Position numbers and translations under genes: made by a program. Positions 23,683-36,071 of a stretch of DNA of 64,000 nucleotides are shown piece after piece; position 1 is the stretch's first letter; each line of letters starts with the position of its first letter. The stretch comes from Utricularia gibba (Eukaryota > Plantae > Magnoliophyta), in NCBI GenBank assembly GCA_002189035.1, contig NEEC01000015.1:1736001-1800000 (forward strand), read 5' to 3'. Below the pieces are notes generated by a model. The model was given only the letters and a program-made list of their open reading frames with translations. It had not been told where the DNA came from and did not search any database.

Positions 23683-25420
23683 ATGACGAACCAAAATGTG
23701 GTGGTTTCCGGCGCACGATCAGGGATAAACGTTGGTAAAACTGTGGCGGTATCCAGCACTTCGCTGTATCCTGGGGCAACGCAGAAACCGCCGACGGTTC
23801 CGGGAACATACATCAGCTTCCCTAAGAACAGCAAGATTCTTCTCCAGAATCTTGAAATCAGTGGTAATAATAAAATTAACTCGTGGGTAGAGTCGATGAG
23901 AGCTTGCTCTCCTACACACGTGAAAGCTCCTCCTCTCTCCGACAACCACACTGTGAGCCCATGCCTTTGTATTTGCAGTACGATGACTGTTACATGCTCA
24001 CTGACATCAACATTTGAACTTCAATTTTGCTCATGGAAACAGGATCAGCACCATCTTCGTCCTTCTGCACTCGACATGTTCGATCAAATTACTAACGCCT
24101 CTAAGGGAAAGCAAATAGTCATGTTTCTTGACTATGATGGCACTCTTTCTCCCATAGTCGATGATCCAGACCAGGCCTTCATGTCTGAAGCGGTTAGTAT
24201 TCTCCTCTGGATGCATCCATCCTTTACAACGAAAGCTCTAATCTTCATCTTCATCAATGGTGTAAACTTGTTTGATCCCCAGATGAGAGCTACTGTGAGG
24301 AAACTCGCTAGATACTTCCCCTCAGCTATAATAAGTGGAAGATGCAGAGACAAGGTTTATAACTTTGTCCGTTTAGCAGAGTTGTACTACGCTGGAAGCC
24401 ATGGGATGGACATACAAGGACCATCAAAAGGTTCCAAATATAATAAGGTGAATCTTGATTACTTGCTTTTGGTGTCACACCGTATGTATCCAAATACAAT
24501 GACTAAAAAATTTGTTCTTCTCCATGATCAGGAAGCTGAAGGTGTTCTTTTCCAGCCTGCAAGTGAGTATCTTCCCATGATCGATCAAGTAAGCCTTTTT
24601 CCTTTTGAGTTCTCTTTTTTTACCACGGTAATATCTTTTTTTTTTTATCTAATGAGACTTCCCGTGATCGATCAGGTTTACAATGCTCTGTTGGAGGTAG
24701 TGAAATCTGTTCCTGGTGCTAAGGTGGAGAACAACAAGTTCTGCGTCTCGGTTCACTTCCGGCGCGTGGATGACAAGGTACACAGTAAATCAACATGGTT
24801 TTCACCGTATGATAACCCAAATCAACCGCTCTGGTTTCGATCACTCAAATGCAGAGATGGATTGAACTAGCTAAGAAAGTTGGCTTGTTGCTGGAAGAAT
24901 ACCCAAGCCTCAGAGTCACACAGGGAAGAAAGGTATATTCCCCTCATCATCAAAGAAACGCTTCCAAGACTTGTACACTAGGAATAAAATGTTGTCCCCT
25001 GCAGGTCCTTGAAATCCGACCCACAATCAAGTGGGACAAGGGCAAAGCTCTTGAATTCCTGCTCGAATCGCTGGGTAAATCAAGATTCTTGTCTCGATTT
25101 AGAACTGAAACCTGAGATGGGCAACAGAACTTGGAATTTACTGCTTTTTCTTTACCCACTCAGGATACTCGAACAACGACGATGTGTTTCCGATTTACCT
25201 CGGCGACGATCGGACCGACGAGGACGCATTCAAGGTACTCAGCCAAAGGGGGCAAGGAATTGGCATCCTCGTGTCGAAAACACCCAAGGACACGTACGCT
25301 TCGTATTCTCTGCAAGAGCCCTCGGAAGTCATGGCCTTTCTCCGGCGGTTGGTGGAGTGGCGGCGGGCGTCGCAACTGCGGATCAGGAAAAGAGTCCAAG
25401 AAAGCAAAGTGAGCTTATAA
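23683..25420 (+). CDS. TPP: Trehalose-6-phosphate phosphatase (TPPH/I/J-type), ~382 aa
   Basis: Exons 23683-23952, 24043-24192, 24283-24447, 24532-24588, 24676-24777, 24855-24932, 25005-25074, 25164-25420. HAD motifs [36 protein letters not shown]. Confidence 0.92.
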
Positions 25421-28400
25421 CAACACGGCGCACGCTCCTTTGCTTTATTTATGTGTGATAAGCCAGGCCTGCTAATTGTGCATGGTGTAACGGAAGATGA
25501 AGATGGACTGGAATACCCCTACCCCTTGTCCGCTGCATCAGGCATGTTTTATTTTTGGAGAATTGAATGAAACGGGGATATAATTGTCTTTTCAACAACT
25601 CTCATAGCTGTTGTGAAATGTACAAGCTGTTATTCCTGTATTGCTGCATTTTATATCACTCGTGCTTGTCATTATTTTGAATGTTAGTAATCCAATATAA
25701 TGATATTAAAATAATAATAATAATAATATTTAAATTATTGTTTTTGTTGTCGCAACTGGTGATGGGACCTCCATTTAAATATGCTTATTATTGATAAAAA
25801 AAATGAATAAGAATTCACAACCATAATAAGAAAAAAATATAAATATACCTAATAAATATATAGTTTTAGCAATCGCGTTGTAGAAAAATCAAAATGGATG
25901 TCCCCAGCTCCAATTCGATGGGCACTTTGGTGGGCCCGAAAATCATGACGGATCCGGATGCCCCACCCGTCCACCATCCAATCAACGGCCCCCATTGCAT
26001 CTTCATTGACTTCACATCGATCTAATAATAAAAAAATAATAATATGCATATTATTTTAATTTCTAAACCCAAAATACAATAAAAAGAAACGGTGTAAACA
26101 AATTGGACAAGAATGAACTAAAGCAGCATGATGGTGAGTCAAAAGCGTGTTGGAAGAGGTGCTGCTGCTGCTTCTTTTTTTTTTTTTTTCTTTATAAATT
26201 CAACTGGAGCCTGCCGAGAAGGAGCATTTCCAGCTTGGGGAGAAGGTAAAAAGCGGCTCCAATTATTGATGGGCAATCTGCAAATAAAGACGAGGTGGTT
26301 GTGAGTTATGGAGAGGATGCTTTGCTCGGTGGAAGCCGGTCCCCATGTGCCATTTTTGCGACAAGATGCATTTCTTTTAAATCCACATCATTTTTAACAA
26401 TGATAGAATTCACAAAGCCCATATTATTTAGCTTTGTGTTTTGTCTAACTGAAAGTTTGGATTACATAAATAGAACGAGTACACGTTAAATTTAAATATA
26501 CAAAAAACATAAATTATATTAAAAAAATCAGATTTAATCAATTACTAATGATTTATAATTTTTTATAGATTTGATTATTTCAATTTCAAATCAAAATATA
26601 GTATTGCTTGTTCTAATATGCTCGATGGAATAGGATCTCCTGCCCTCTTAGTTTTTTTTTTTTTTGGAGTTCCAATCTAGATTAGCAGCCGAGAAATATG
26701 CCTATTGTTTATTTGTGGAAAGTTTGTGCGTTAGTTTGATGATTGATGAGATTGGGTGTGGGGTTGGTGTTGTCCAAAAAACTGCGCCACTTATGAAGGA
26801 TTCCTTCCCATTAGCACAAGTAAAGTTTTCAAAGGTTAAAGTGGCCTCTCTCAACTTTTTCCCAGCCGGAGCTCCTCCTCTTGCCGGTGGCATGGCTGAG
26901 CTCCTGCGCATGCCCCGCCGCCCTCAATAACATCGCTAAACAATGTGTATATATATATTTTTAAAATAAAATAGTTAAATATATTTAAGTATAATTAAAA
27001 AAATTTAGAAAAAAAGAATCGTATATAATTTTTTAAATTATACAATGTATTAATTATCCATTTATTCAATCTAGCTTTCCAAAAAAAATTTAATTTAATT
27101 TTATTAAAAAAATTTCTCAAAAAATTCTTTACAAAGAACATAAACATTAACTGGATTGGGCTTGGGTTGGTATGCTTCAACCATAGGCCTCGTTAGTTGA
27201 TCAACGGGCTGATGATTATCCGGGCCTCAGCCCATTAGTGAAAAATATTTACAAAATTTTGAAAATATACAACTTATTTATACTTTTATTTATATTGAAT
27301 AGAAGTTAAAAGGAAAAATAGATTAACTTTTATTTTGCAACTATATTTTTAATTCAATAATTCTTTAAAAAAACCGATGCAGCGTAGATCATTATTTCAC
27401 TCTATAATGGCATCATGTTTGCAAGTATTTTGACTTTTTTTATTGTATTTTTTTTTGTTGTTTGCCTTTTGCTTATATTATTTATTTGATATTGTTTGAA
27501 TTTTCGTGTTGTCGGTGTTAATAATATTTTGGGTTTAGTTGATTTTTTAAAAAAAAAAGTGTTTTTTTGTTTTTTTATCAATTGGAAAGTGTGTTAAATG
27601 ACAATAATTCCTTTAGGATCTTAAGGATCTGAATTTGATGCAAAGAAACTCACACTTGAATATTTTTAGTCAAAATCAAATCCTAATGCATTAAAAATAA
27701 CCCCTGACTCATTGACCTCAAACCCTAGGGACCAAACGCAATGAATTCAGCAATTATGGCGGACAATTAAACGGTTATCTAGCAGGCAGCCAGCCGGGTC
27801 AGAAGAAGAACCCCGGAAAATCCAGAAAGTTTCGGATTCTGAATACGAGAACCAGAAAACCTTAAATTTTCCGCCACAATTGTCTGGTTTCCAAACACTT
27901 CGAAACCGTAATGTAATGACCTAACTTTTTATTTCTTTGGAGTCTGCCCACACATGGGCTGTGTCACGATGATCATAAAGGTGTTGTGTACCTCCCTCCC
28001 ATGCCTCATCGTCCCCACCCATAAAGGCTGTAGCACCCTTTCAGCAGTTCGATACCAGGAAGCAACCCAGAGATGTTTATTCCTTTCCATGTCGCTGCAG
28101 CTTCCCCCACTCCCTACGCCCTCTCTCGCTTCTGTGGAGCCTATGAGATCGGTATGGGATGAATGGTTCTTGGACTCGGGAGTGTTGGAATGAAATCCCT
28201 ATTCACACGCAGCATGGTCTTTCATCCCTTCTGAATCTGATGCAGCAGGGTTTTCTTTTTGTATTATTTTCATGGCGTGTAGACTGGTGCAAGGAACTTG
28301 GGACCCCAACTATGCCTCACTTTCCACACAAACTAGGCTTCTGGTTCATATGTCGATGTGGATGCATTTCCTTCATACATTTTTTTAAAAAAATTGGTCA

Positions 28401-29157
28401 AGTCTAGGCATTAACCATATTTATTCAGATGCATCAGCTATCTGTGCCCAAGTTCAACCCTTGTTTTTTCGATCTTAATTTGTACCTGAAAATAAAGCTT
28501 ATTACTAAATAAAACACACCTTCAGACCATCCATAGATCAGTGTCTTTGAGTTTTATTACAAGATTATTAAACATTAGTGATGGTGATTATGAGATCAAG
28601 GCTAAAAAAACTATGTAAACAAGCGCATAGAGAGTAATTAAATACTAAACTAGGTATAAGCTAGGAGGCGGGTCAGTTTGTTAGTTTTTAGACAAGCGTT
28701 TTCAACAGCCATCCTGTCTGAAGAATAATCAAGATGTGTTGAGTTTAAACACAGGAACCAGAAGGGGGTTTCCTTGTAATATATTTTTGTATGCTTTCAT
28801 GGTGTTCAAAAGCCTAGTAGCTCACAAAGAGAATGGTCTCAACCTGTTGCTTCCCTTTTAATTAATTAATTAATATCGCATTCAATAATTATTATTTATG
28901 CATCTTGACCCCAGTCTCAGCTTTCTAGTGCAAAAGTATGAGACGCAAAGAATAGCTCCTTTATCGTCTTCTTCTTCTTCTTCCTGCTTCATTCGCCTTT
29001 TTTTGTGGGTGAAGAGGAACCCTAAATTTCTTGGTGTGGGTTTTGTGGTTATGGGGGAACTCTGTTTTTGATTCATCTGGCCCAGGGTTCAGGTATCATC
29101 ATCAATCTTACGCTTTTTCTTTTTTGGAGGAGTTGCAGAGAAAGAAAGAAAATACTT

Positions 29158-30236
29158 ATGGGTTCGGGTAACAGTGGAAGCCTTGAGTCGTCGAGCGGCG
29201 GCGATGAGGAGTATGATGATTCTTCACGGGGGGCAACGCTGTGTTCATTCCACCCCATCTTCCTCCGTCGCCGATCTTCGACGCTTACTCCACGTACTCG
29301 CAAAATCCGACCTTGAATGCTATCCGGAATATGCCTTCCTCATGGCAGAGATCCGACCCGGATTCGACGGTCCATCAGCATCACCCCTTGCTGACGTCGA
29401 CCTCTGGAGGCTTGATTGCTGATACTACTTTTCAGCAGGCGGCTGTGGGGTCGGAGAGTTCTTGTCCTGCTGTTGTGGCGACAGCGCTACGTAACCCGAA
29501 GAAGAGATCGAGGGCGTCGAGAAGAGCGCCGACGACTGTGTTAACTACCGACACCGCTAACTTTAGGACCATGGTTCAGGAGTTTACTGGAATTCCTGCC
29601 CCGCAGTTCGGTAGTTCTTCTGCCTCTTTTCAAAGAACCACCGCCGGCGCCAGGCTCGATCATCTTTTCTTAGGTACCAAATCAATGGACCCGTCTTTTC
29701 TCCGGCAACCTATCACACAAAAAGTCCAATTTCCCACGCCGGTCTTTCTCTCAACTTCTTCTTCTTCACCTCTTTTGACCTCCACCGGCGTAGCGAATTC
29801 ACCCCATCAAAACAGTACCAGTAACTCAGCTTCTGCATCAAAACCTCCGATCAACTACCAACTCCCACTGCACCAAAACTCAAACCTTTTCAATAGCCAA
29901 ATCCCATTCCTTGAAACGAACTCCAGATTTCTCCTTCCCACTTCTAAACATCCTAATATTTACCCTGCTTCATCTTTTGGATTTCCATCAGCCGATCAGC
30001 CTGACGACGGCGGTGGAAGCCTGCTTGGTCTGCAACACCTCATTTCCAGCAATCAAAACGCGGTTGATTGGAGAAGCAATGGGTTTACACAAGACGAAAA
30101 CATAGGCTTCCAAACTTCTCCTTTCTCCGGAATGATCCAGCCCACTTCCAGCCTTCACACCAAAAAGGCACCCGAAAACGTTGCAGCGGTGCCCGGTGAC
30201 GGTAACCTAGATTCCTGGATTTTTTCTTCAGATTAG
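29158..30236 (+). CDS. VQ-motif protein; 1-nt frameshift as assembled
   Basis: N-terminus MGSGNSGSLESSSGGDEEYD is typical of a VQ subgroup; motif RRAPTTVLTTDTANFRTMVQEFTG; C-terminal LDSWIFSSD. Frames join if one G is added to the G6 run at 29228-29233. Confidence 0.88.
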
Positions 30237-32131
30237 CTGGGAGAATGAATCTGATTACACTTAAGAGCTTAGATGATGATGCCATTGGCCAGTATTTATA
30301 TGACAGACTTTTCTTATTCTCAGTATGCTTCATTCTTCTAGCATGTGCATGGCAGCATTGATGCATGCTCATGTAGAACATAAGCCTTCAAATTCAAGTT
30401 CTTACACAAGTGAGTCACGTACAAACCCTATTCAATACCATGCCATATCTCTACTTCACTCTTATACTCGAATCCAAAATTAATCTTTTGGATACTATCT
30501 TACGATGCTAATTAATCCTAAACCCTAAACCCGATCGGATAACGATCATGACTCAATAAGAAAACCTATTTCAATGTCAATAACATGATGCTTGTAATGT
30601 GTATCACAAGATTGTAGCAATCAACAACTTGCAAATTCCATCCATAGATGGTTTTGATGTGGTTTGGAAGAAACTTTAAAATTCAAGTAACAGTGTAATT
30701 TTTTATTCGTGTTAGATATTTTTATAAATAAAAATATTAGATATATCTAACTATAATTACAATTTTTTTGTTAAAAAATTATTATGTTCAATTTTTTAAA
30801 ACATGTAATTAATTAATTATTCATTCATACGAATTTAACCTTCGAAAAACTCAATTTTTTAAAACTTTTATATCTATAATCCAAATACTTGTACGCAATC
30901 AAATCCATTTACCAAAACTTAAATACAGAAATTTGATTTTATTAATAAATTTGGAATTATAAATTAGTTGGTGAAGTTCAAGCTTCATTGATAGATGATG
31001 TGTTTTATATAATTTTTTAAGAGTAATAAACAGTTATTTAGGGGGGATTTGTGAATTAAATGCTTTGGTGATGGTGGGCATAGTATATTGATGCCACGAA
31101 TCATAGCCATTGGATTTTGTCAACTTTTTAACAAAATAATGATACACTTTTTGTCTTGATCCTTTCATAATGCCACATGTGTTGTACATGAGATTTTAAT
31201 GATTTTTTGTAACATACTGACAATATGCACACTAAAATACTTTTCTCCTTCACTATTTTATAAATAAATAGACGCACATATTGAATGGAAAAAAAACTAA
31301 TTAAATAATCAATAGCATCCGGATTGCAAAAAAAAAAAAACATTTAATTAAACATTTTCCAACATATATTTTTATTTACAAAGCAAGTTTTTATTTCAAA
31401 ACATGTTTATATTTGAGTTTAGAGTTTTTTGTGTCTACATAATTTATTTTCTATCACGGTATATATTTGCAAATATAAATTAAAAAAAACATCAGTTCCC
31501 GAACAAATAATTAATGTACCTAAATCAGCTTATTCCTAAACTTTTTTTTAAAAGTAACCATTGTAGTTTTTATTTTATGTAGTGAGATCAATTTTTTATA
31601 TACCATGATTAATTTTATAATTTATTCTAAAATAGATGGACGTACGACACCAGACCCTTTAAGGGCCCATTTGGTTCCAAGGGGGTGGATGCTCTTGTGG
31701 GACCCCCTATAAATTTAAGGGCATCTCAAAGTCTGCATGAAGTTGGATTACCCAAATGGGCTGATGTGTTGCTGTTTTAGTTCATCCTTCTTGTGGATGA
31801 GGAGAAGGTTGGGCCATTACAAGTCATGGGCTTAGAGCCCAAAAGTAAGTGACTTCAGCCCAAGATTGATGATGATGAGGGAAGAGTGGACAGTGAAGGG
31901 GTGGGTCATTTTATACATCTTTCTTGTCACAACGAGATTAAGATAGTAAATAGTTTATGTAGAAAAAAATTTAACAATTTAGAAATATTTATTTTATTTA
32001 AACAGTTATAATATTATAATTTCTACTTTTTTAGAAGTAATTATAAAAAATATTATTTTAAATAGAGGTTAATTATTGATTATTGTTCTAGAAACAATTA
32101 CCAAAATTTACAAGTGGGCTCCGGAACTACC

Positions 32132-32942
32132 CTAGTGTCCCCCGGACCCGGCGGAGTTATTGCTGTTGAACGCTTCGATCAAGAGAAGAAGCGCGACGAC
32201 GAAGGCGTGGTCGACGTTGGGATACACCGTCACGCCGAAGGAATCCGTCAAAAGCAGATCGCTTTTGGCCGCATGGCTCTTGTGCATCTGCACCACAATT
32301 ACGTGTGAAAATGGGAAAGTGAATCATGTCATAAAATAATAGCATTATTCTGTGGTGTAATGTAATAGAATAGAGTGACGGGGTTTGGCCGGTGTTACCT
32401 GGGCCAAGATGTGGCGGGATTCGTCTCCGGCGAATATGGCATACGATTTCTTGGACCAGCTGCCTTCTATTATGAAATCGCAGGATTGCTCCTCCCGGTT
32501 GCCAGCCAGGAACACGTGGAGCTTCGATTTTCCTAAGAAGGAAGACTTGCGCTTCACGGTGAAGAGCAGATCGGTGTCCTCTTTGCTGCCCCCTCTGAAA
32601 GCCTTCCATGTCAGAGGAATCGAGAACGCCTGAAAAAATGGAAATTTGCTTAACACAAGGCATTGTTTTATTTTTAAATTGCAAACGTCGGGTAGGGGTA
32701 TGGACCTTTTGCCGAAAGGTGAGGAGGGTGTTTCCGGCGGCGTCTACAAGGGCTTGCTGGTTATGGATGCTGAAGAGTTTTTGCTTCTTGTTGAACATGA
32801 TATTCCCGTCGGAATCCAGGACTTCGAGATTCCGGCTGGACATAGTCCACAGGTTCCGCACGACGGTCAGATCGATCGGATGCGGAAGGCAGAATTGAGG
32901 GCCTACCACTTCCACCGTCGCCGGAGAGCTCGTATCCGCCAT
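32132..32942 (-). CDS. LURP-one-related (LOR, tubby C-terminal-like) protein, 207 aa
   Basis: Exons 32942-32706, 32629-32399, 32287-32132. Motifs VVGPQFC, LVDAAGNTLLT, CDFIIEGSW, VTVYPNVDHAFVVALL. Confidence 0.88.
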
Positions 32943-33811
32943 TTTTTCCGAGAACAACACAAAAATCAAAGCCAAAAATGTTGGATGAGTGTGCTTGGGA
33001 TAGAGCTACTAAGGGACGGTGCCTTACTTATAGTGGCCCCGAGTCGGTGAACGCGGCTGCGTGTTAGAAAAGCAAGACACACATACAGGACGACAAGACC
33101 ATTCTTCTGTTGTGGTATTCAAATTGTCCATCATCTTCGGAATTTTGATTTTTTTTTCTTAAGAAATGTTGTACCAGTTCATGAAGGACAGGCCCTTCTA
33201 TTGTTTCAATTCATGTATAAGGAAGGATTTGTATTTAGATTTTGTGACGTGTGTGCAGTGAAGATGTGATTTTGAGTCCTCTGGTCTTTGCTGATTCAAT
33301 TGCATATGGAGATGACATGATTTCTGAATCGAATTCCATGTTTACATCATATCTTTTCTAGAACATTCCACTAATGATCATTTACACAACACACCCTGGA
33401 CTGGGTATCCATCCACCGGAAGTGAGTCGTTTCATCTTCAGGCCGAATGCCTTTCCTTTGCGGGCAAGATTCATTTTTTTCGGCGCCGGAGTTGTTTTCT
33501 CCGGCCAGGTCCGGCCTTTCCACAGCCCACAAGCCTTGTGATTTCTTTGAAGAAGGAATGCTTTCATTTTTATTGATACCTTTTTACAGAAACAAATTTT
33601 ACCCACGCTTTTTTACAAATAGATTATTTAAAATTTACCGACAGTAGTGCTCTCACGTTTCACCGGGCGTGTGTTAACAAGAATCTATTCGGTTACTTCT
33701 CTTGTTTGACTATTTGAAGATCACCCGTGAATTTCCTTGTGGAAGGGGGGCTGATTCCAGGCCTCCGTAGGTGATGTGTACTTCCCAAAGCGTTGTAAGA
33801 GGGTGAAGGAG

Positions 33812-35575
33812 ATGAAGTCGGAGACGCTGAATCTAGTTCTGGTGAATTTGGCCGGAATAATGGAACGCGCCGACGAATCTTTGCTTCCAGGAGTGTACAA
33901 GGAAGTCGGTGCGGCGCTCCATGCTGATCCCACTCTTCTCGGTTCTCTGACGCTCTTCAGATCCATTGTTCAGTCGTCTTGCTACCCAATCGCCGCCTAT
34001 CTTGCTATCCGCCATAATCGGACACATGTCATCGCCCTCGGCGCGTTTCTCTGGGCCGCGGCCACGTTCCTCGTCGCTATTTCCTCTACTTTTACTGAGG
34101 TGCTCCCATCACAACTCTCTATCCCTTTTACTGGGTTTTGCCGAATTGGGAATCATACAAAGTTGGACTCGAGTGATTGCCAAACTGGGTAGCCCTAATT
34201 TCATTGCCGGCATGTGTTTTGCTACGCACAATTTGGTTCTCTGTTTACTGGCAATATGTTGTTTTGAATGCAGGTAGCCATTTCAAGGGGTCTAAATGGG
34301 ATTGGGCTTGCGATTGTTACACCGGCGATTCAGTCCCTTGTTGCCGATTCAACCGATGATAGCAACCGTGGCACAGCTTTTGGGTGGCTGCAGTTAACAG
34401 GGAACTTGGGCTCCATCATCGGAGGACTGATCTCTGTGCTCATAGCTTCGACATCCTTTATGGGAATCCCCGGTTGGAGAGTTGCTTTTCATCTCGTTGC
34501 CCTCTTAAGCGTCCTTATTGGCATTTTGGTTCGTTTCTTTGCCAATGATCCTCATTTTGTGGATCAAAATGGGAAAGCGAAGGTTCAAGAGCCCCCTAAA
34601 CCACTACGGCAAGAAGTTAAGGACCTGATAAAAGAAGCGAAAGCGGTTATCAAAGTACCCTCTTTTCAAATACTAGTAGCTCAGGGTGTCTCCGGTTCAT
34701 TCCCTTGGTCATCTTTGTCATTTGCCCCTATGTGGTTGGAGCTTATGGGATTCTCCCATAAGACGACCGCCGTCATATGGACTATGTTCAACGTGGCTGG
34801 ATCATTAGGAGGCCTGTTTGGAGGGAAGATGGGAGATGTTCTTTCCAAACGTTTGCCTAATTCTGGAAGGATCATTCTTGCGCAGATAAGCTCTGGTTCT
34901 GCTATTCCATTGGCTGCGATTCTCATGCTGGTTTTGCCAGATGATCCCTCTTCTGCAGTAATGCATGGCCTAGTTTTCTTCATCATGGGACTCTTCATCT
35001 CTTGGAATGCTCCTGCTACCAACAAGTGAGTACACCTTTCCTTGTTACACTTACCAGATTGACTGGAACTCGAAATTTTGCAGTTTTTGTTGTACTGATA
35101 TTCGTACACTGGACTCAGTCCAATATTTGCAGAGATAGTTCCGGAGAGATCCCGGACGAGCATCTATGCACTGGACCGATCCTTCGAGTCCATTCTGGCT
35201 TCATTCGCTCCTCCGGTGGTGGGAATCCTAACTCAGCGTGTGTATGGATACAAACCCTCCACTGGCTCAGAAATGATCGAGACAGACAGAGCGAACGCGG
35301 CGTCGCTTGGCAAAGCACTTTACTCCGCGATCGGAGTGCCAATGGCGATTTGCTGTACTTTCTACTCATTCCTCTACTGCACATATCCAAGAGACAGAGA
35401 TCGGGCGAAAATGGAGGCGCTGGTTGAGTCGGAAATGCAGCATATAGAAGAGAAAGACAGAAACGTCGTTGAAATCGGTCAGGGGAACCACGACAGTTTG
35501 GATCTTGAAGAAGACGATGAACAGCGACTTCTGCCCCATGATGGGCTCCTCAGGTTTTCCGACAGCAGTAGATAG
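33812..35575 (+). CDS. Major facilitator superfamily transporter (At5g10190-like), 498 aa
   Basis: Exons 33812-34099, 34274-35025, 35119-35575 in frame. MERADESLLPGVYKEVG motif and many hydrophobic helices. Confidence 0.9.
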
Positions 35576-35753
35576 CAACTGTTTTTGTGGCTTTCCCTGT
35601 ATGACAGAATCCTTTACAAAAGAAAGGGATTAATTTTAATACCTGACAAAATCTTATCAACAGCCCAAGAGACAAAATGGACGACTCAGACTCATTGGGT
35701 TGGCCTCCTCCATTGGCTCCAGATTTGTAAAGTGACATTGAAAAACAAAGTTA

Positions 35754-35826
35754 CGACTCCGCTGGGGATCGAACCCAGAATCTCTGGTTCCGTAGACCAG
35801 CGCCTTATCCATTGGGCCACGGAGTC
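35754..35826 (-). tRNA. tRNA-Arg, anticodon ACG
   Basis: Minus strand reads GACTCCGTGGCCCAATGGATAAGGCGCTGGTCT-ACG-GAACCAGAGATTCTGGGTTCGATCCCCAGCGGAGTCG. Acceptor stem and A/B boxes present; TTTTT Pol III terminator downstream. Confidence 0.96.
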
Positions 35827-36071
35827 CTTCGTTGTATAAAATATTATATAACGTTTCTAGACGATTACTAGGCTTTCTGGCCCAACTTGTTGATGGACTC
35901 AATTCGCTTCGAAGCCCATTTTAAAAAGTTGAGTGCTCGAATGAGACAAGGTTTGCATTGTTATGTTCGTTTCATATTTGATTCATATGCATCTTTTGCA
36001 TGCAACAAGTTCATCTTAAGGCACTTGGAAATGCAGCAATGAGCAAAAGCCTTCAGTGGCCATTTGCATCA

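Noticed and set aside
28146-28238. Imperfect hairpin with a GGTATGGGA arm reminiscent of miR482 star strands
   Set aside because: The 3' arm does not match miR482/2118, and the pairing has several bulges and a large loop.
29040-29062. TGGGGGAACTC, identical to the 3' end of miR395
   Set aside because: The 5' half mismatches and there is no complementary arm.
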